Assembly: GCA_944358985.1 (NCBI GenBank)
Contig: CALVSI010000002.1
Location: forward strand, 51,413 to 115,412
Direction of reading: 5' to 3'
From: an uncultured Bacilli bacterium
GTDB lineage: Bacteria > Bacillota_I > Bacilli_A > RFN20 > CAG-826
DNA length: 64,000 nucleotides
Positions 1 through 12,085 of this stretch are shown piece after piece. Numbering within the stretch: the stretch's first letter is position 1; each line of letters begins with the position of its first letter. The position numbers and the translations under genes are program-made. The notes under the pieces are model-generated. The model was not told the DNA's origin. It saw only the letters and a list, made by a program, of their open reading frames with translations, and ran no database searches.

Positions 1-886
1 ATTTAATTTGCTTATTTATATTAGAAAATACATCATATTTTTTTATTTTAGCTTTCATAATTGGCATAGTATAATTTCCACCTTGAAAGTGTTCATGATT
101 TAATATCGATCCGCCAACGATAGGTATATCAGCATTAGAGCCTATAAATAAAAATTTATACATCTTTGCAAAATCTAATAATGCTGAAATATTATTTTTA
201 TCCACTGCCATTGGGACATGTTCTTTTTTTATCACAACAATATGCTGATAAAAATAGCTATATGGTGAAAACTGCATAAACCAGTCGCTTTTATTTAAAC
301 GTAAGGGCACTACTCTTAAATCTTTTTTAAAAATAGATTTAGACTTATTAAAATATCCAACATTTTCATAACAAAGAACACATTTAGGATATGAATCATT
401 ACTAATATTTAAAGATTTAACAATATCTTTATTACTTTTTTCTGGTTTAGATAAATTTATTGTTACGACAAGATTTAGGTTAGTTAAATTATCTTTAACA
501 ACAATATTTTTTTGAATATCCCTTTTTTTAATATAATTATTGTTTATTTGCAAATGATATAAGTAATTAAAAGCTCTCTTTTTACTTTTAATACTCAAGT
601 CATTATACTTATTAATAACAGATGATGGCGTTGGGGTTAAAATAGATAAAATTTCATCGAAAATTATATCAAGTTTTTTCGCATTTATATAATCATTTAA
701 ATCATCAATTATTGTGTATAAATCATCTTGTTTTATATTTATTTTTTTAAAATCGTATTCATTAATATCTATTTGAAGAATATTAGATAACACATTATAA
801 AAATATACAAGGTCTTCCTTTCTCAAATCCAAATATTTTAAAGCATAATTTAATAATTTTATAATCGTTAGTTTTATATCAATCAT
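1..886 (-). CDS. galT: Galactose-1-phosphate uridylyltransferase, Gram-positive type (GalT family 2). N-terminal part only; the 3' end runs off the window start.
   Basis: Hand translation of the minus strand from ATG at 884-886 gives MIDIKLTIIKLL...IPIVGGSILNHEHFQGGNY, matching the GalT-2 'GGSILxHxHxQGG' region. ATGA start/stop overlap with galM. Not in the ORF track because it is truncated. Confidence 0.7.
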   Translation of the reverse strand, partial: MIDIKLTIIKLLNYALKYLDLRKEDLVYFYNVLSNILQIDINEYDFKKINIKQDDLYTIIDDLNDYINAKKLDIIFDEILSILTPTPSSVINKYNDLSIKSKKRAFNYLYHLQINNNYIKKRDIQKNIVVKDNLTNLNLVVTINLSKPEKSNKDIVKSLNISNDSYPKCVLCYENVGYFNKSKSIFKKDLRVVPLRLNKSDWFMQFSPYSYFYQHIVVIKKEHVPMAVDKNNISALLDFAKMYKFLFIGSNADIPIVGGSILNHEHFQGGNYTMPIMKAKIKKYDVFSNINKQIK

Positions 887-1866
887 TTTCTATCCTTATA
901 CATAAATTTATAAGTTATATATTTTTCATATATTTTATTTTTTGGCCATAAATGACTTTCTAGTAAGTCGTCTTGACACTCCAAAGTTACCCCTCTTCTT
1001 ATTTTATTTTTTGAATTAGTTACAATATCGTCGATTTTGTTATCGCTATATAATTGAAAACCATTAAAATTTGTAACAACCTGCAAAATATAATGTGAAG
1101 ATGATAGTTCAATTTCATAATAGCCGCTATTTTGTTTAGAAAAACAAATATGATTATCGTACCCTCTTATTCCATTTTTAATCAAGGCGTCTTCATCAAT
1201 ATATTTATCAATCGATAACCCATCATTAAAATCAAAAAATTTATTAACAGGACAATACTGATTTGGAATTAAATCATTATCAACATCAATGTATTTATCG
1301 TTTCTGCATTTCAAAATAAGATTTTTATTATCGTTTTCTCCAAGATTAAAATAACAATGATTAGTTAAATTTAAAAGAGTATCTTTATCACAAATAGCGG
1401 AATAAGTTATTTTTATTTCTCCATTTGAAGAAATATCATAAATTACATCTAAATGTAAATTGCCTGGATATCCGCTTTCAAGATCGTGGCTTAAATAAGA
1501 ATAAGTTATACATATATTATCTTGATTAATTTCTTTTATTTGGCTTTTGAAATATTGTGTTGATAATCCAAAATATCCGCCATGTAGGGTGGTTGTGTTT
1601 TCATTATTTGCAAGATGGTAAATATGATTATCAATAAGCACAAGTGAATTTTTTATTCTATTAGCATTACGACCAATTGTTTTTCCAAAATAAGCTGTTT
1701 CTTTTTTAAAATCATTAACATATAAAGGATAAACAACCATATCTTTACCATATAATTCTACTTTGTATATAGATGCTCCAAGATTTGCTAAACATACAAA
1801 AAAAGATGATGAAAATTCAATTTCAATAAATTCGACTTGTTCTTTTACATACTTATTAATTTTCAT
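883..1866 (-). CDS. galM: Aldose 1-epimerase (galactose mutarotase).
   Basis: 327 aa. 'TTTLHGGYFG' mutarotase motif. Sits in a Leloir-pathway context. Confidence 0.8.
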   Translation of the reverse strand: MKINKYVKEQVEFIEIEFSSSFFVCLANLGASIYKVELYGKDMVVYPLYVNDFKKETAYFGKTIGRNANRIKNSLVLIDNHIYHLANNENTTTLHGGYFGLSTQYFKSQIKEINQDNICITYSYLSHDLESGYPGNLHLDVIYDISSNGEIKITYSAICDKDTLLNLTNHCYFNLGENDNKNLILKCRNDKYIDVDNDLIPNQYCPVNKFFDFNDGLSIDKYIDEDALIKNGIRGYDNHICFSKQNSGYYEIELSSSHYILQVVTNFNGFQLYSDNKIDDIVTNSKNKIRRGVTLECQDDLLESHLWPKNKIYEKYITYKFMYKDRK

Positions 1867-4186
1867 TTTTATTCACCTTTTCTATTATAAACACATGACT
1901 ATTAAAATCACCATATACCGATACTTCATTATTATAACCAGTTCCAAGCCATTGTTGGTTTAATTTTAGTGCACCACTTCTTAAAGCTTTTCCACTAACA
2001 ACATAAGAAAATGTTTCTCCATCAAGCTGTTTATATTTTGCAATGGTTTGAACTAAAAATCCTCTTTCATTCATATGAAATGGCAACAATGTATTAATTA
2101 ATCCACCAAAGGTTGTAATGTTATTTTTATAATCTTTGACTCTAACATTATATAAGGTGTTATCATCTAAACCAATAATTGTAAAATCAAAAGGCTTAGG
2201 ATTTAATTTTTGTAAACCATTAAAAATTCCAACAATAGCGGTAGTTTTGTCTTTGCTAACAACATACATAATAGTGTATCCATCATCATTAATATTTCTA
2301 TATTGATAAAATTGACCATTTAAAATTGTTTCACGATATTTTTTATAAAATTCTACTTGCCCGCTGATGGATTTTTTTTCATAAGGTAAAAGTGTTGATA
2401 AATCTAATTCATATCCAAGATTACCAAACATTGCAACATTAAATCTGTTGTCTAATGTAGTGTTTCTTAAAACTGAATGGGATGGTACTTGACTAACATG
2501 ATTTGAAATGACTTTTAAAGGATATCCTAAAGCAAGTCCTTTTTGTATAGTAAGTCTTTCAAAACTATCAGTGTCATCACTTGCCCAAATGGAATTGCAA
2601 TAAGATAACATGCCTAAATCAAATCTATTTCCACCGCTTGCACATCCTTCGATATAAACATCACTAAAATTTGTTTTTATATAAGAAAATATTTTATATA
2701 AGCCCATAATATAACGGTGATATTTTTCACCACAATCATCTACATCACTTATATTTCTATTCATATCCCATTTAATGTATTTTATAGGTGCACTTTTTAA
2801 AAGTGTATCTAAAGAATATATTATATAATCGACAACGTCTTTTTTTGATAAATCTAAAACAAATTGATGACGACCTTTACTTGGTTTATATAATGGTGAA
2901 TAAATAATCCATTCTGGATGTAATTTATATAATTTAGAATCTTCATTACACATTTCTGGTTCAACCCAAATACCAAACAATAATTTTTTATTTGATGCGG
3001 TTTTTGCAAGCCTTTTTAAACCAAATGGTAACTTTTTCTTATTGACATCATAATCTCCAAGACCATGATAATCATCATTTCTATTTGAAAACCAACCATC
3101 ATCCAAAACAAACAATTCTAAATTAAAATCACTCGCTTTTCGTATTATTGATTTAATCTTTTTATAAGTAAATTTAAAGTAAGTAGCTTCCCAATTGTTA
3201 ATTAAAATTGGAGGCATTTTATCTTGATAATTCAAAGGCAACACATGTTCTAATATAAAATTATGAAAGTTTTGAGAAAGTTTATTTAAACCATTACTAG
3301 AAAAGGTCATAACAGCAAAAGGAGTCTCAAATATATCATCTTTATTTAGTTTAAAATTAAATTGAAAATCATTAATTCCATTTTGAATTCTTATTTGATG
3401 AAATGATGTTTTTTCCACTAATTCAAAATGATTTCCAGAATACATTAAATTGAAACCATATGCTTTACCATAATTTTCATCACACTTTTTATTTTTAACT
3501 ATGAAAAATGGGTTTCGTCTATTGCTAGAATTACCTGTTTTAGAATCATTTAGATATGTTAAATTTTCAATGTTAGAAATACTAACTTGACCTTCAAATC
3601 CCCATCCGCCATATAAATTTAAAAGTTGATAATCATCATTTAATAAATCTAGTTGTAAAGATGCTGCTTTTAATATTTCTAAAGTATTGTTAGATTTATT
3701 TTTAATGTTTATATTTCTCACAATAACATCATTATCATAATCTACTATATAATTTAAAATTAATTCTACACCCTTTTGTCTATCTTCACATTTGATTGAT
3801 AACGAAGTTAAATTATCACCATGAACACTTGGCATTGTTTTAAGTTTTATTGGATTGTTTGAAATTTTAAAATCAACATATTTAAAATCAAATAAATATC
3901 CATCTTTATTTTTAAATATTAATGATGGATTACGATAATCGCCTTTTCCAAAATATGAAAATTCTAACAAAAATATATCTAAGGAATAATTTTCATCTTG
4001 ATCATCATCATAATTTACACTCGTGCCATATGGAGTTGGATTTTTAAATAATATAAAACTTAAATCATTATCATCGATTCTTTCGCCATAATATTGATGT
4101 AAAAGATGATTAAATTTTGAGATAGAAAAAATATATGAAGTATTTTTGGTATCGAGTTTAAAAATATTGTCTTTAAAAATTATCAT
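1856..4186 (-). CDS. Alpha-galactosidase, GH36 (melibiase/raffinose-type).
   Basis: 776 aa. 'YIKWDMNR' and 'CASGGNRFD' GH36 catalytic-region motifs. N-terminus is AgaA-like. Confidence 0.85.
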   Translation of the reverse strand: MIIFKDNIFKLDTKNTSYIFSISKFNHLLHQYYGERIDDNDLSFILFKNPTPYGTSVNYDDDQDENYSLDIFLLEFSYFGKGDYRNPSLIFKNKDGYLFDFKYVDFKISNNPIKLKTMPSVHGDNLTSLSIKCEDRQKGVELILNYIVDYDNDVIVRNINIKNKSNNTLEILKAASLQLDLLNDDYQLLNLYGGWGFEGQVSISNIENLTYLNDSKTGNSSNRRNPFFIVKNKKCDENYGKAYGFNLMYSGNHFELVEKTSFHQIRIQNGINDFQFNFKLNKDDIFETPFAVMTFSSNGLNKLSQNFHNFILEHVLPLNYQDKMPPILINNWEATYFKFTYKKIKSIIRKASDFNLELFVLDDGWFSNRNDDYHGLGDYDVNKKKLPFGLKRLAKTASNKKLLFGIWVEPEMCNEDSKLYKLHPEWIIYSPLYKPSKGRHQFVLDLSKKDVVDYIIYSLDTLLKSAPIKYIKWDMNRNISDVDDCGEKYHRYIMGLYKIFSYIKTNFSDVYIEGCASGGNRFDLGMLSYCNSIWASDDTDSFERLTIQKGLALGYPLKVISNHVSQVPSHSVLRNTTLDNRFNVAMFGNLGYELDLSTLLPYEKKSISGQVEFYKKYRETILNGQFYQYRNINDDGYTIMYVVSKDKTTAIVGIFNGLQKLNPKPFDFTIIGLDDNTLYNVRVKDYKNNITTFGGLINTLLPFHMNERGFLVQTIAKYKQLDGETFSYVVSGKALRSGALKLNQQWLGTGYNNEVSVYGDFNSHVFIIEKVNKNEN

Positions 4187-5766
4187 AATTTACTACCTGG
4201 CGATGTCTTCTCATTAATTTCTTTTAAAATTCTTTTGTAATTGTTTTCGTCAATCTTATAAAATTTCTTAACTAAGAAATAGCATAAGATGTAAAGCAAT
4301 AATGGTAGAATAGCCACACCTAATTTATAGACGATAACTTGCCAAAATTCTGCTTGTGATGTAAATAAATCACATGATGTATTAGCGATTTCTTGTGTAA
4401 TGCTTCCCATAGCAAGTTGTTGTTGAATTGAAGATATTTCATTAACGATTGGCAAAAGTGATGCACATATTAAAAATAAATATAAGACACCTTGTTGTAA
4501 TGCACTGCCAAGTTGAGCGGTAAGAGGACGTAGTGAAAATATAACTGATTCTTTTCTTTCCCCAAACTTCCATTGATTATATTCAATAGTGTTTGCCATC
4601 ATCATAATCAACATTAGATAAAATAGACCTTGGCTAGAAAATATAATGATCCCAAAAATAGCTAACGGAATTAAATATAAAATATTCATTTCCCCATTTA
4701 CTAAGGGAGCAGGAGATAAATAATTACCATTGCCGATAGGAAGTCCATATATAAAGAAGAACAAATATCCAATAACTGTCAAAATTATACAAATATTAAA
4801 TAATTGACCTCGAGTAAATTTTTTGCTTAAAAGAGGAAATATAAATTGCGATACAATCATGCCAATTGCATAAATAACAGTAAAAATAGTCATCACTGTC
4901 GAACCAACTGTAAAATTAACAGCAAAATAGAAATAATTCATCCCAAGAGCGTTTAAAATACCACTTGCAACATAATATATAAGTAATATAATTGTCATCC
5001 ATCTTACTTGATCGTTATTTTTAATAACTAAAAACATGTCTTTAAATTTTGGTGTAGGATGTTTCTTTTCTTCTTCAACATCTCTTTTATGTTCTTTAAC
5101 AAAGAAAAATAAAATTACTTGGAGGATAGCAAAAACCAAAACAATTATAATAGTGGCCCAAAGATAAGAGCTTTGGTAACCAAAACTACCAGATAATATT
5201 GGCATTAAACCCGCTGTTGCAAATTGACCAACACTACAAAATATCGACATAATTGTTGTTATCGATGTTCTTTGTTTTTCATCACTTGTCAAAGAAGGCA
5301 ACATTGACCAATATGCAATATCATTCATTGTAAATGTTAAACCATACAATAAATAAAATATAGCAAACCAAATAACATATCCCCATCCTTGTAAACCATT
5401 GACATACATAGGAATAACGAAAAGAGCCAAAACCACAATCGAATTTGTTAAACCACCAATCAAAATCCAAGGCTTATATTTCCCGCTTTTAAAATGACAT
5501 TTTTCAATTAATACACCCATAAATGGATCATTTAATGCATCAAAAATACGATATCCGACAACCAATCCAGAAATAACACCAAACATTGCAATAAATCCGG
5601 CTTCATCTGGAACACCACCAGGGGTTAATATTCCAGAATATTGTATAAATGTTAATAAAAATAAGCTTACCAATGCATAACAAGCATCTCGACCAACGCT
5701 GACAACACTATAAAGCCACTTATTTTTCTTATCTAGTTCGCCCTGAAAAGTATCAGAATATTTCAT
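4183..5766 (-). CDS. Glycoside-pentoside-hexuronide (GPH) family sugar:cation symporter (MelB-like).
   Basis: 12-TM MFS-like protein next to the alpha-galactosidase, with a 'KYKPWIL' MelB-like loop. Start moved to M22 (ATG 5764-5766), which has an AAAGAGGT RBS; the longer track ORF lacks one. Confidence 0.7.
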   Translation of the reverse strand: MKYSDTFQGELDKKNKWLYSVVSVGRDACYALVSLFLLTFIQYSGILTPGGVPDEAGFIAMFGVISGLVVGYRIFDALNDPFMGVLIEKCHFKSGKYKPWILIGGLTNSIVVLALFVIPMYVNGLQGWGYVIWFAIFYLLYGLTFTMNDIAYWSMLPSLTSDEKQRTSITTIMSIFCSVGQFATAGLMPILSGSFGYQSSYLWATIIIVLVFAILQVILFFFVKEHKRDVEEEKKHPTPKFKDMFLVIKNNDQVRWMTIILLIYYVASGILNALGMNYFYFAVNFTVGSTVMTIFTVIYAIGMIVSQFIFPLLSKKFTRGQLFNICIILTVIGYLFFFIYGLPIGNGNYLSPAPLVNGEMNILYLIPLAIFGIIIFSSQGLFYLMLIMMMANTIEYNQWKFGERKESVIFSLRPLTAQLGSALQQGVLYLFLICASLLPIVNEISSIQQQLAMGSITQEIANTSCDLFTSQAEFWQVIVYKLGVAILPLLLYILCYFLVKKFYKIDENNYKRILKEINEKTSPGSKL

Positions 5767-5836
5767 ATTTAAATACCTCTTTAATTTAATTATAAAAAAT
5801 GTCCTTATATTAGTAAATATAATATACAATATTAGT

Positions 5837-6979
5837 ATGGATGTAAAAAATCTTATAAAAGAAGAATATAGAAAAATTTTTAATCAAGAACCACAACATA
5901 TAATCAAAGCCTCATCTAGATTTGAGATTCTTGGTAACCACACCGATCACAATCATGGTTTGTGTCTATCTTCAACTTGTCCGCTTTATACATATGCAGC
6001 AGTTAAAAAAAGTTATAACAATAAAATTGCATTTTTTTCACATGGATTTAAAAAAATAGAAATAGACGTAAGTAAATTAGATTATCAGGAAGAGGACAAA
6101 CAAACCAGTCGGGGATTAATTAAAGGTATATTGCTTTATCTTAAAAATAAAAATTATTCCATAGGTGGTTTTAATTGTTATTGTTATTCTCAAGTTGAAG
6201 TTGGATCTGGATTATCTTCTAGTGCTTCGTTTGAAATATTAATTGCAAATATTATTTCTAAACTTTTTAACAAAAATAAAATCGATAACATTGAAAAAGC
6301 AAAGGCGTCTCAATATGCCGAAAATAACTTTTATGGAAAACCATCCGGACTTCTTGATCAAATATCTATTGTTTATCCAAAAATAAAATTTATAGATTTT
6401 AAAGATTTAAACAATATTAAAATTAAGATATTACCAACTGACATTTTTAAAAAATTGCAAATAACAATAATTAAGCCACCCGGCAATCATCAAAACTTAG
6501 AATATCTATATAAACAAATACCAGACACAATGTATGAGATAGCAAATATCTTTAATGAAAGATTTTTGATAAATGTTAAAGAAAAAGATATTAAAAAATA
6601 TTCAAAAACAAATGAAATTAATAAAGACAAATTAAAAGTAGTTAAACACTTTTATGCTGAAAATAGACGCGTCAAAAAAGGCGTAAAAGCGATATTAAAT
6701 AATAACATCGATTTGCTTTTTAAACTAATTAAAGAAAGTGCAAAATCTAATCAAATTAATTTGAAAAACTCACAAATCGGCAATAATTATAATAATTCAT
6801 TACAACAAGTTATTGATTTTTGTAATGAAAATTTGAAAGATGATGTGGCAATTAAATTAACTGGTGGTGGTTATTTAGGTGCTCTTATTTGTTTTATTAA
6901 AAATAACAAACTAAAACAATTAACTAATTTAATAAACGTCTATCATCCAAATTGGAAAATTACAGTTATAAAGAATTAA
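5837..6979 (+). CDS. galK: Galactokinase (GHMP kinase).
   Basis: 'RFEILGNHTDHNHG' galactokinase signature and 'GSGLSSSASFE' GHMP motif. Confidence 0.85.
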   Translation: MDVKNLIKEEYRKIFNQEPQHIIKASSRFEILGNHTDHNHGLCLSSTCPLYTYAAVKKSYNNKIAFFSHGFKKIEIDVSKLDYQEEDKQTSRGLIKGILLYLKNKNYSIGGFNCYCYSQVEVGSGLSSSASFEILIANIISKLFNKNKIDNIEKAKASQYAENNFYGKPSGLLDQISIVYPKIKFIDFKDLNNIKIKILPTDIFKKLQITIIKPPGNHQNLEYLYKQIPDTMYEIANIFNERFLINVKEKDIKKYSKTNEINKDKLKVVKHFYAENRRVKKGVKAILNNNIDLLFKLIKESAKSNQINLKNSQIGNNYNNSLQQVIDFCNENLKDDVAIKLTGGGYLGALICFIKNNKLKQLTNLINVYHPNWKITVIKN

Positions 6980-8265
6980 TTTTTAAAATATTTACCAATC
7001 ATTTCATTGTTAACACAATGTTTCTCAATAATCTCTTTATATAAATATCCTGATGTTCTAATATGGCATAAATTATTTTCATAATCGTATTGAACCAAAC
7101 CAAATTTTGCACTTTCCCCTTCTAACCATTCAAAATTATCCATTAAAGTCCAGTAGTAATATCTTTTAACAAATTTTAAATCTTTAATAGCGTATAAGTG
7201 TGAATAGATAAATTCTTTTCGAAATTTGTCTTCTTTATCAGCGGTCCCATTTTCAGTCACATAAATATCTTTTTTAAATAGACTATAATATTTTTTAAGC
7301 ATTTTGTTAAAGCTCGATGGAGCAATCGCCCAACCTAAATCGTTTTGATAATATTTTTCATTTGGAGAATAAGAAAAATTCGCTACTTCATTTTGAGTGT
7401 AAAAATTAATTCCCAAATAATCCATATATGATTTCTTTTTGATAGATAATAAACCGAATGGAAAAACAAATCTTTTACCGCTCATGGCAAATAAACAGGC
7501 ATTGTTAAAACATTTATCAAAAATTTTAGTTTCGATTTTGTTTATTAATTTATTATCTTTACTAACAAAATCTTGAATGTGCATAGCAAAGCCAACATTT
7601 GTTTTTGAATCAATTTCTTTAATTGTTTTATAAGCTAATCTATGTGCTAAAGACATATTCTTCATAACTTTAATAGTTTTTGTTAATGATTTTTCTTCAT
7701 TTAGCCAAATTCCAAAGAAAAAAGAATTTACCGCGTATACATTTGGTTCATTAATTGTGCAATAATCGCTAACCAATCCCTTTAATTTTGTCGTTATATA
7801 TTTAACATATTTTATAAAATAAATTATGTTTTTCTTTTTTAAAAAACCTTTCTTTTCTTCAAACCAAATAGGATGAGAAAAATGATGAAGAGTAACAAAA
7901 GGTAAAATATTATTTTTCTTTAATATTTGAATTTGATCAATATAATGTTGCATAACTTCTTCATCAAAATAATTTTCTTTTGGATTCAATTTGGCCCAAT
8001 CAATTGAAAAACGATAACTTTGTATGTTTAATGATTTCATTAAATCAATATCGCGCACATAAAATTTATAAGATTGATTACAACGTAAAGAAGAAGTTTT
8101 ATCTTTAATTTTTCCTTTTTGACAAAATAGTGTCCAATTGCTATTTTTATCATCACCTTCTATTTGTGTTGACGCTGTTGCGACTCCAAGTAACAAATTT
8201 TTATCCAGTTTAAAAGGAACGAATTTATCTAAATTAATGTCTTTTAATATATACTCTGGCTTCAT
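6976..8265 (-). CDS. GH1 beta-glycosidase (beta-glucosidase/beta-galactosidase type, probably not the phospho-form).
   Basis: 'TINEPN' acid/base and 'YVTENGTA' nucleophile motifs. Lacks the C-terminal S-x-S-K-K-S-Y phosphate-binding motif of 6-P-beta-glucosidases. Converging TAA overlap with galK. Confidence 0.75.
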   Translation of the reverse strand: MKPEYILKDINLDKFVPFKLDKNLLLGVATASTQIEGDDKNSNWTLFCQKGKIKDKTSSLRCNQSYKFYVRDIDLMKSLNIQSYRFSIDWAKLNPKENYFDEEVMQHYIDQIQILKKNNILPFVTLHHFSHPIWFEEKKGFLKKKNIIYFIKYVKYITTKLKGLVSDYCTINEPNVYAVNSFFFGIWLNEEKSLTKTIKVMKNMSLAHRLAYKTIKEIDSKTNVGFAMHIQDFVSKDNKLINKIETKIFDKCFNNACLFAMSGKRFVFPFGLLSIKKKSYMDYLGINFYTQNEVANFSYSPNEKYYQNDLGWAIAPSSFNKMLKKYYSLFKKDIYVTENGTADKEDKFRKEFIYSHLYAIKDLKFVKRYYYWTLMDNFEWLEGESAKFGLVQYDYENNLCHIRTSGYLYKEIIEKHCVNNEMIGKYFKN

Positions 8266-9910
8266 AAGGCATCAAGTAGTTTAAATCATTATTGTAATTT
8301 TTCAAAATGCATTCATATTTATCAAGTTCTATAGATAATTTATTAGGTAATTTTATAATGTTATTTTTAAAAGAACAAATAACAAGCATTTCACTATCAT
8401 TATCATTTCTTTTGTATATGAATAAATTTTTATTGTTTTTATATAGCAATTTAAAATTGCCATTTTTAATAACGCTATATTTTTTCCTAATCTCAATTAA
8501 TTTTTGATAATAACGATATATGGAATGATGACTTTCCAAATCTCTTTTTACATTAATACGATTTTTATTTTTATTGACCCTTAACCAAGGCTCTTTCTTT
8601 GAAAATCCACCATAAATTGAATCATCCCAACACATCGGCGTTCTAGCATTATCTCTTGATTGTTCTAAAATATTCTTTGTTATTAATTTCCTAACAAAGT
8701 AATTTTTAGAACACAAATTCAACATGTTATGTGTTTCAACATCTTTTATTTCATCAACGTTTTCAAAATATGCATTAGTCATGCCTATTTCTTGTCCTTG
8801 ATAAATAAATGGGGTGCCTTTTAACATCATATACGATGTAGCAAGCATCATTGCAGAAGGACGACGAAATTTTTTATCATCGGTTAAAAATCTTCCTACA
8901 CTTCTTCTTTGATCATGATTTTCCAAAAATAATGGATACCAAATATTATTTTTATCAATGTTGTTTTCCCATTTATTTATGACTTTTTTAAATCTTTTCA
9001 ACGAAAATTTTCTTTTTAAATATTTAACACCAAAATAGTTATCACAATCTGTATGTTCAAAACTAAAAGCCATATCTAACTCTTCTCTTTTGGGGTCACA
9101 TAATTTTTTTAAATCTTCCATAGAAGAGAAAACTGTTTCACCAACGGTCATGCAATCATAATCTTTTAAAGCTTCTGTATATAATTGATGTAAAAATTCA
9201 TGCAATCTTGGTCCATTAATATAGGCATCGCTTCCAGTTAAGATTAATTTAGGAAAACGTGATTTAAAATCTTGTTTTTTACTAATTAAGTTAATGACAT
9301 CGCATCTAAAACCATCCACTCCTAAATCAAGCCAAAATCTTAAAATGTCCACTACTTCTTTTCTAACCTTTGGATTTTCCCAATTTAAATCAGGTTGTTC
9401 TTTACTAAATAGATGTAGATAATATTCATCAGAATTTTCATCAACTTTGCTCCAAGTACCTTCACCAAAAAAACCTTGCCAATTATTTGGCGGTTTTTTA
9501 TTATTTTTCTTTCCTTTTTTAAAATAATAATAATCATGATATGGACTTGACTTATCACTTATTGCTTTTAAAAACCATTCGTGTTTATCACTAGTATGAT
9601 TTACTACTAAATCCATCAAGATTTTAATTCCGAGATTATGAGCTTTTTTTATCAATTCTTTCACATCATTAAGCGTCCCAAATTTTGGATAAATATCTTT
9701 ATAATTTGCTATATCATAACCATTATCAACTTGTGGTGAATCAAATATAGGAGAAAGCCAAATACAATTAATGCCAAGTTCTTTTAAATAATCTAGTTTT
9801 GAAATAATTCCTTTAATATCACCAAAACCATCATCATTGCCATCACAAAATGAACGTGGATAAATTTGATAAATAATAGCGTCTTTATACCAATTTGTGT
9901 GTTTAGACAT
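8234..9910 (-). CDS. GH13 alpha-glucosidase / oligo-1,6-glucosidase family.
   Basis: 'DLVVNHTSDKHEWF', 'GVDGFRCDVINLI', 'GETV' and 'LENHDQRR' GH13 regions I-IV. AGAGGAA RBS. Confidence 0.85.
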   Translation of the reverse strand: MSKHTNWYKDAIIYQIYPRSFCDGNDDGFGDIKGIISKLDYLKELGINCIWLSPIFDSPQVDNGYDIANYKDIYPKFGTLNDVKELIKKAHNLGIKILMDLVVNHTSDKHEWFLKAISDKSSPYHDYYYFKKGKKNNKKPPNNWQGFFGEGTWSKVDENSDEYYLHLFSKEQPDLNWENPKVRKEVVDILRFWLDLGVDGFRCDVINLISKKQDFKSRFPKLILTGSDAYINGPRLHEFLHQLYTEALKDYDCMTVGETVFSSMEDLKKLCDPKREELDMAFSFEHTDCDNYFGVKYLKRKFSLKRFKKVINKWENNIDKNNIWYPLFLENHDQRRSVGRFLTDDKKFRRPSAMMLATSYMMLKGTPFIYQGQEIGMTNAYFENVDEIKDVETHNMLNLCSKNYFVRKLITKNILEQSRDNARTPMCWDDSIYGGFSKKEPWLRVNKNKNRINVKRDLESHHSIYRYYQKLIEIRKKYSVIKNGNFKLLYKNNKNLFIYKRNDNDSEMLVICSFKNNIIKLPNKLSIELDKYECILKNYNNDLNYLMPYEARVYIKRH

Positions 9911-9971
9911 ATAAAAATTCCTCTATACAAATTTATTTTATCTAAAAGATAATAGTTAGTATAATATTTTT

Positions 9972-10406
9972 ATGAAAATTTTACTCGTAAGTGATTCACA
10001 TGGTGAAATAAACATTTTAAAAAGTTTAGTAAAAATGTATCCAAAAATGGATTTATATCTCCACTGCGGTGATAGTGAACTTGATCCATACACAATATCA
10101 CCATTTTTTTCTTGCAAAGGGAATTGCGATTATCATGAAGACTTTTTAAAACAAATCAAAATTAATACCCCATATGGATATTTATTCATGCAACATAAAA
10201 ACGATTTTCCATTAAATGTAGTTTACGATGAATCAATAAAAATATTTTTATCTGGACATACACATATCCCAAGCATTAAAAAAATAGGAGATAAATATTT
10301 TATAAATCCTGGATCGATAACAAGACCTCGAGGTGGCAATAATCCAAGTTATGTAATCTTAACAATAGAAAAAGATAAAATTGACGCAAAAATAATTTAT
10401 ATTTGA
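9972..10406 (+). CDS. YfcE/MJ0936-family metallophosphoesterase.
   Basis: 144 aa, with 'LVSDSHG', 'HCGD' and 'GHTH' calcineurin-like motifs. Confidence 0.7.
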   Translation: MKILLVSDSHGEINILKSLVKMYPKMDLYLHCGDSELDPYTISPFFSCKGNCDYHEDFLKQIKINTPYGYLFMQHKNDFPLNVVYDESIKIFLSGHTHIPSIKKIGDKYFINPGSITRPRGGNNPSYVILTIEKDKIDAKIIYI

Positions 10407-10415
10407 GCAAAATCC

Positions 10416-12026
<1,611 letters not shown>

Positions 12027-12085
12027 CTAGAATAGTATATATTTTTTATCAAACTTAATAAACATTAAAAGTTTAAAGATAAATA

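Noticed and set aside
4183-5829. The longer N-terminal extensions given by the track for 4183-5829, 14160-15020, 28212-28766, 56122-58548 and 58659-59108, and the TTG start at 62520.
   Set aside because: The upstream extensions are hydrophobic or low-complexity and have no RBS. Internal ATGs are preceded by strong Shine-Dalgarno sequences (AAAGAGGT, GGAGGAT, AAGGGAGAAA, AAAGGAGA). The 62520 start codon is TTG, and an ATG at 62556 precedes the HTH domain.
6976-8265. Annotating the GH1 enzyme as a 6-phospho-beta-glucosidase (a common default).
   Set aside because: The C-terminal phosphate-binding S-x-S-K-K-S-Y/W motif is not visible, and no PTS genes are nearby. The generic GH1 beta-glycosidase call is retained.
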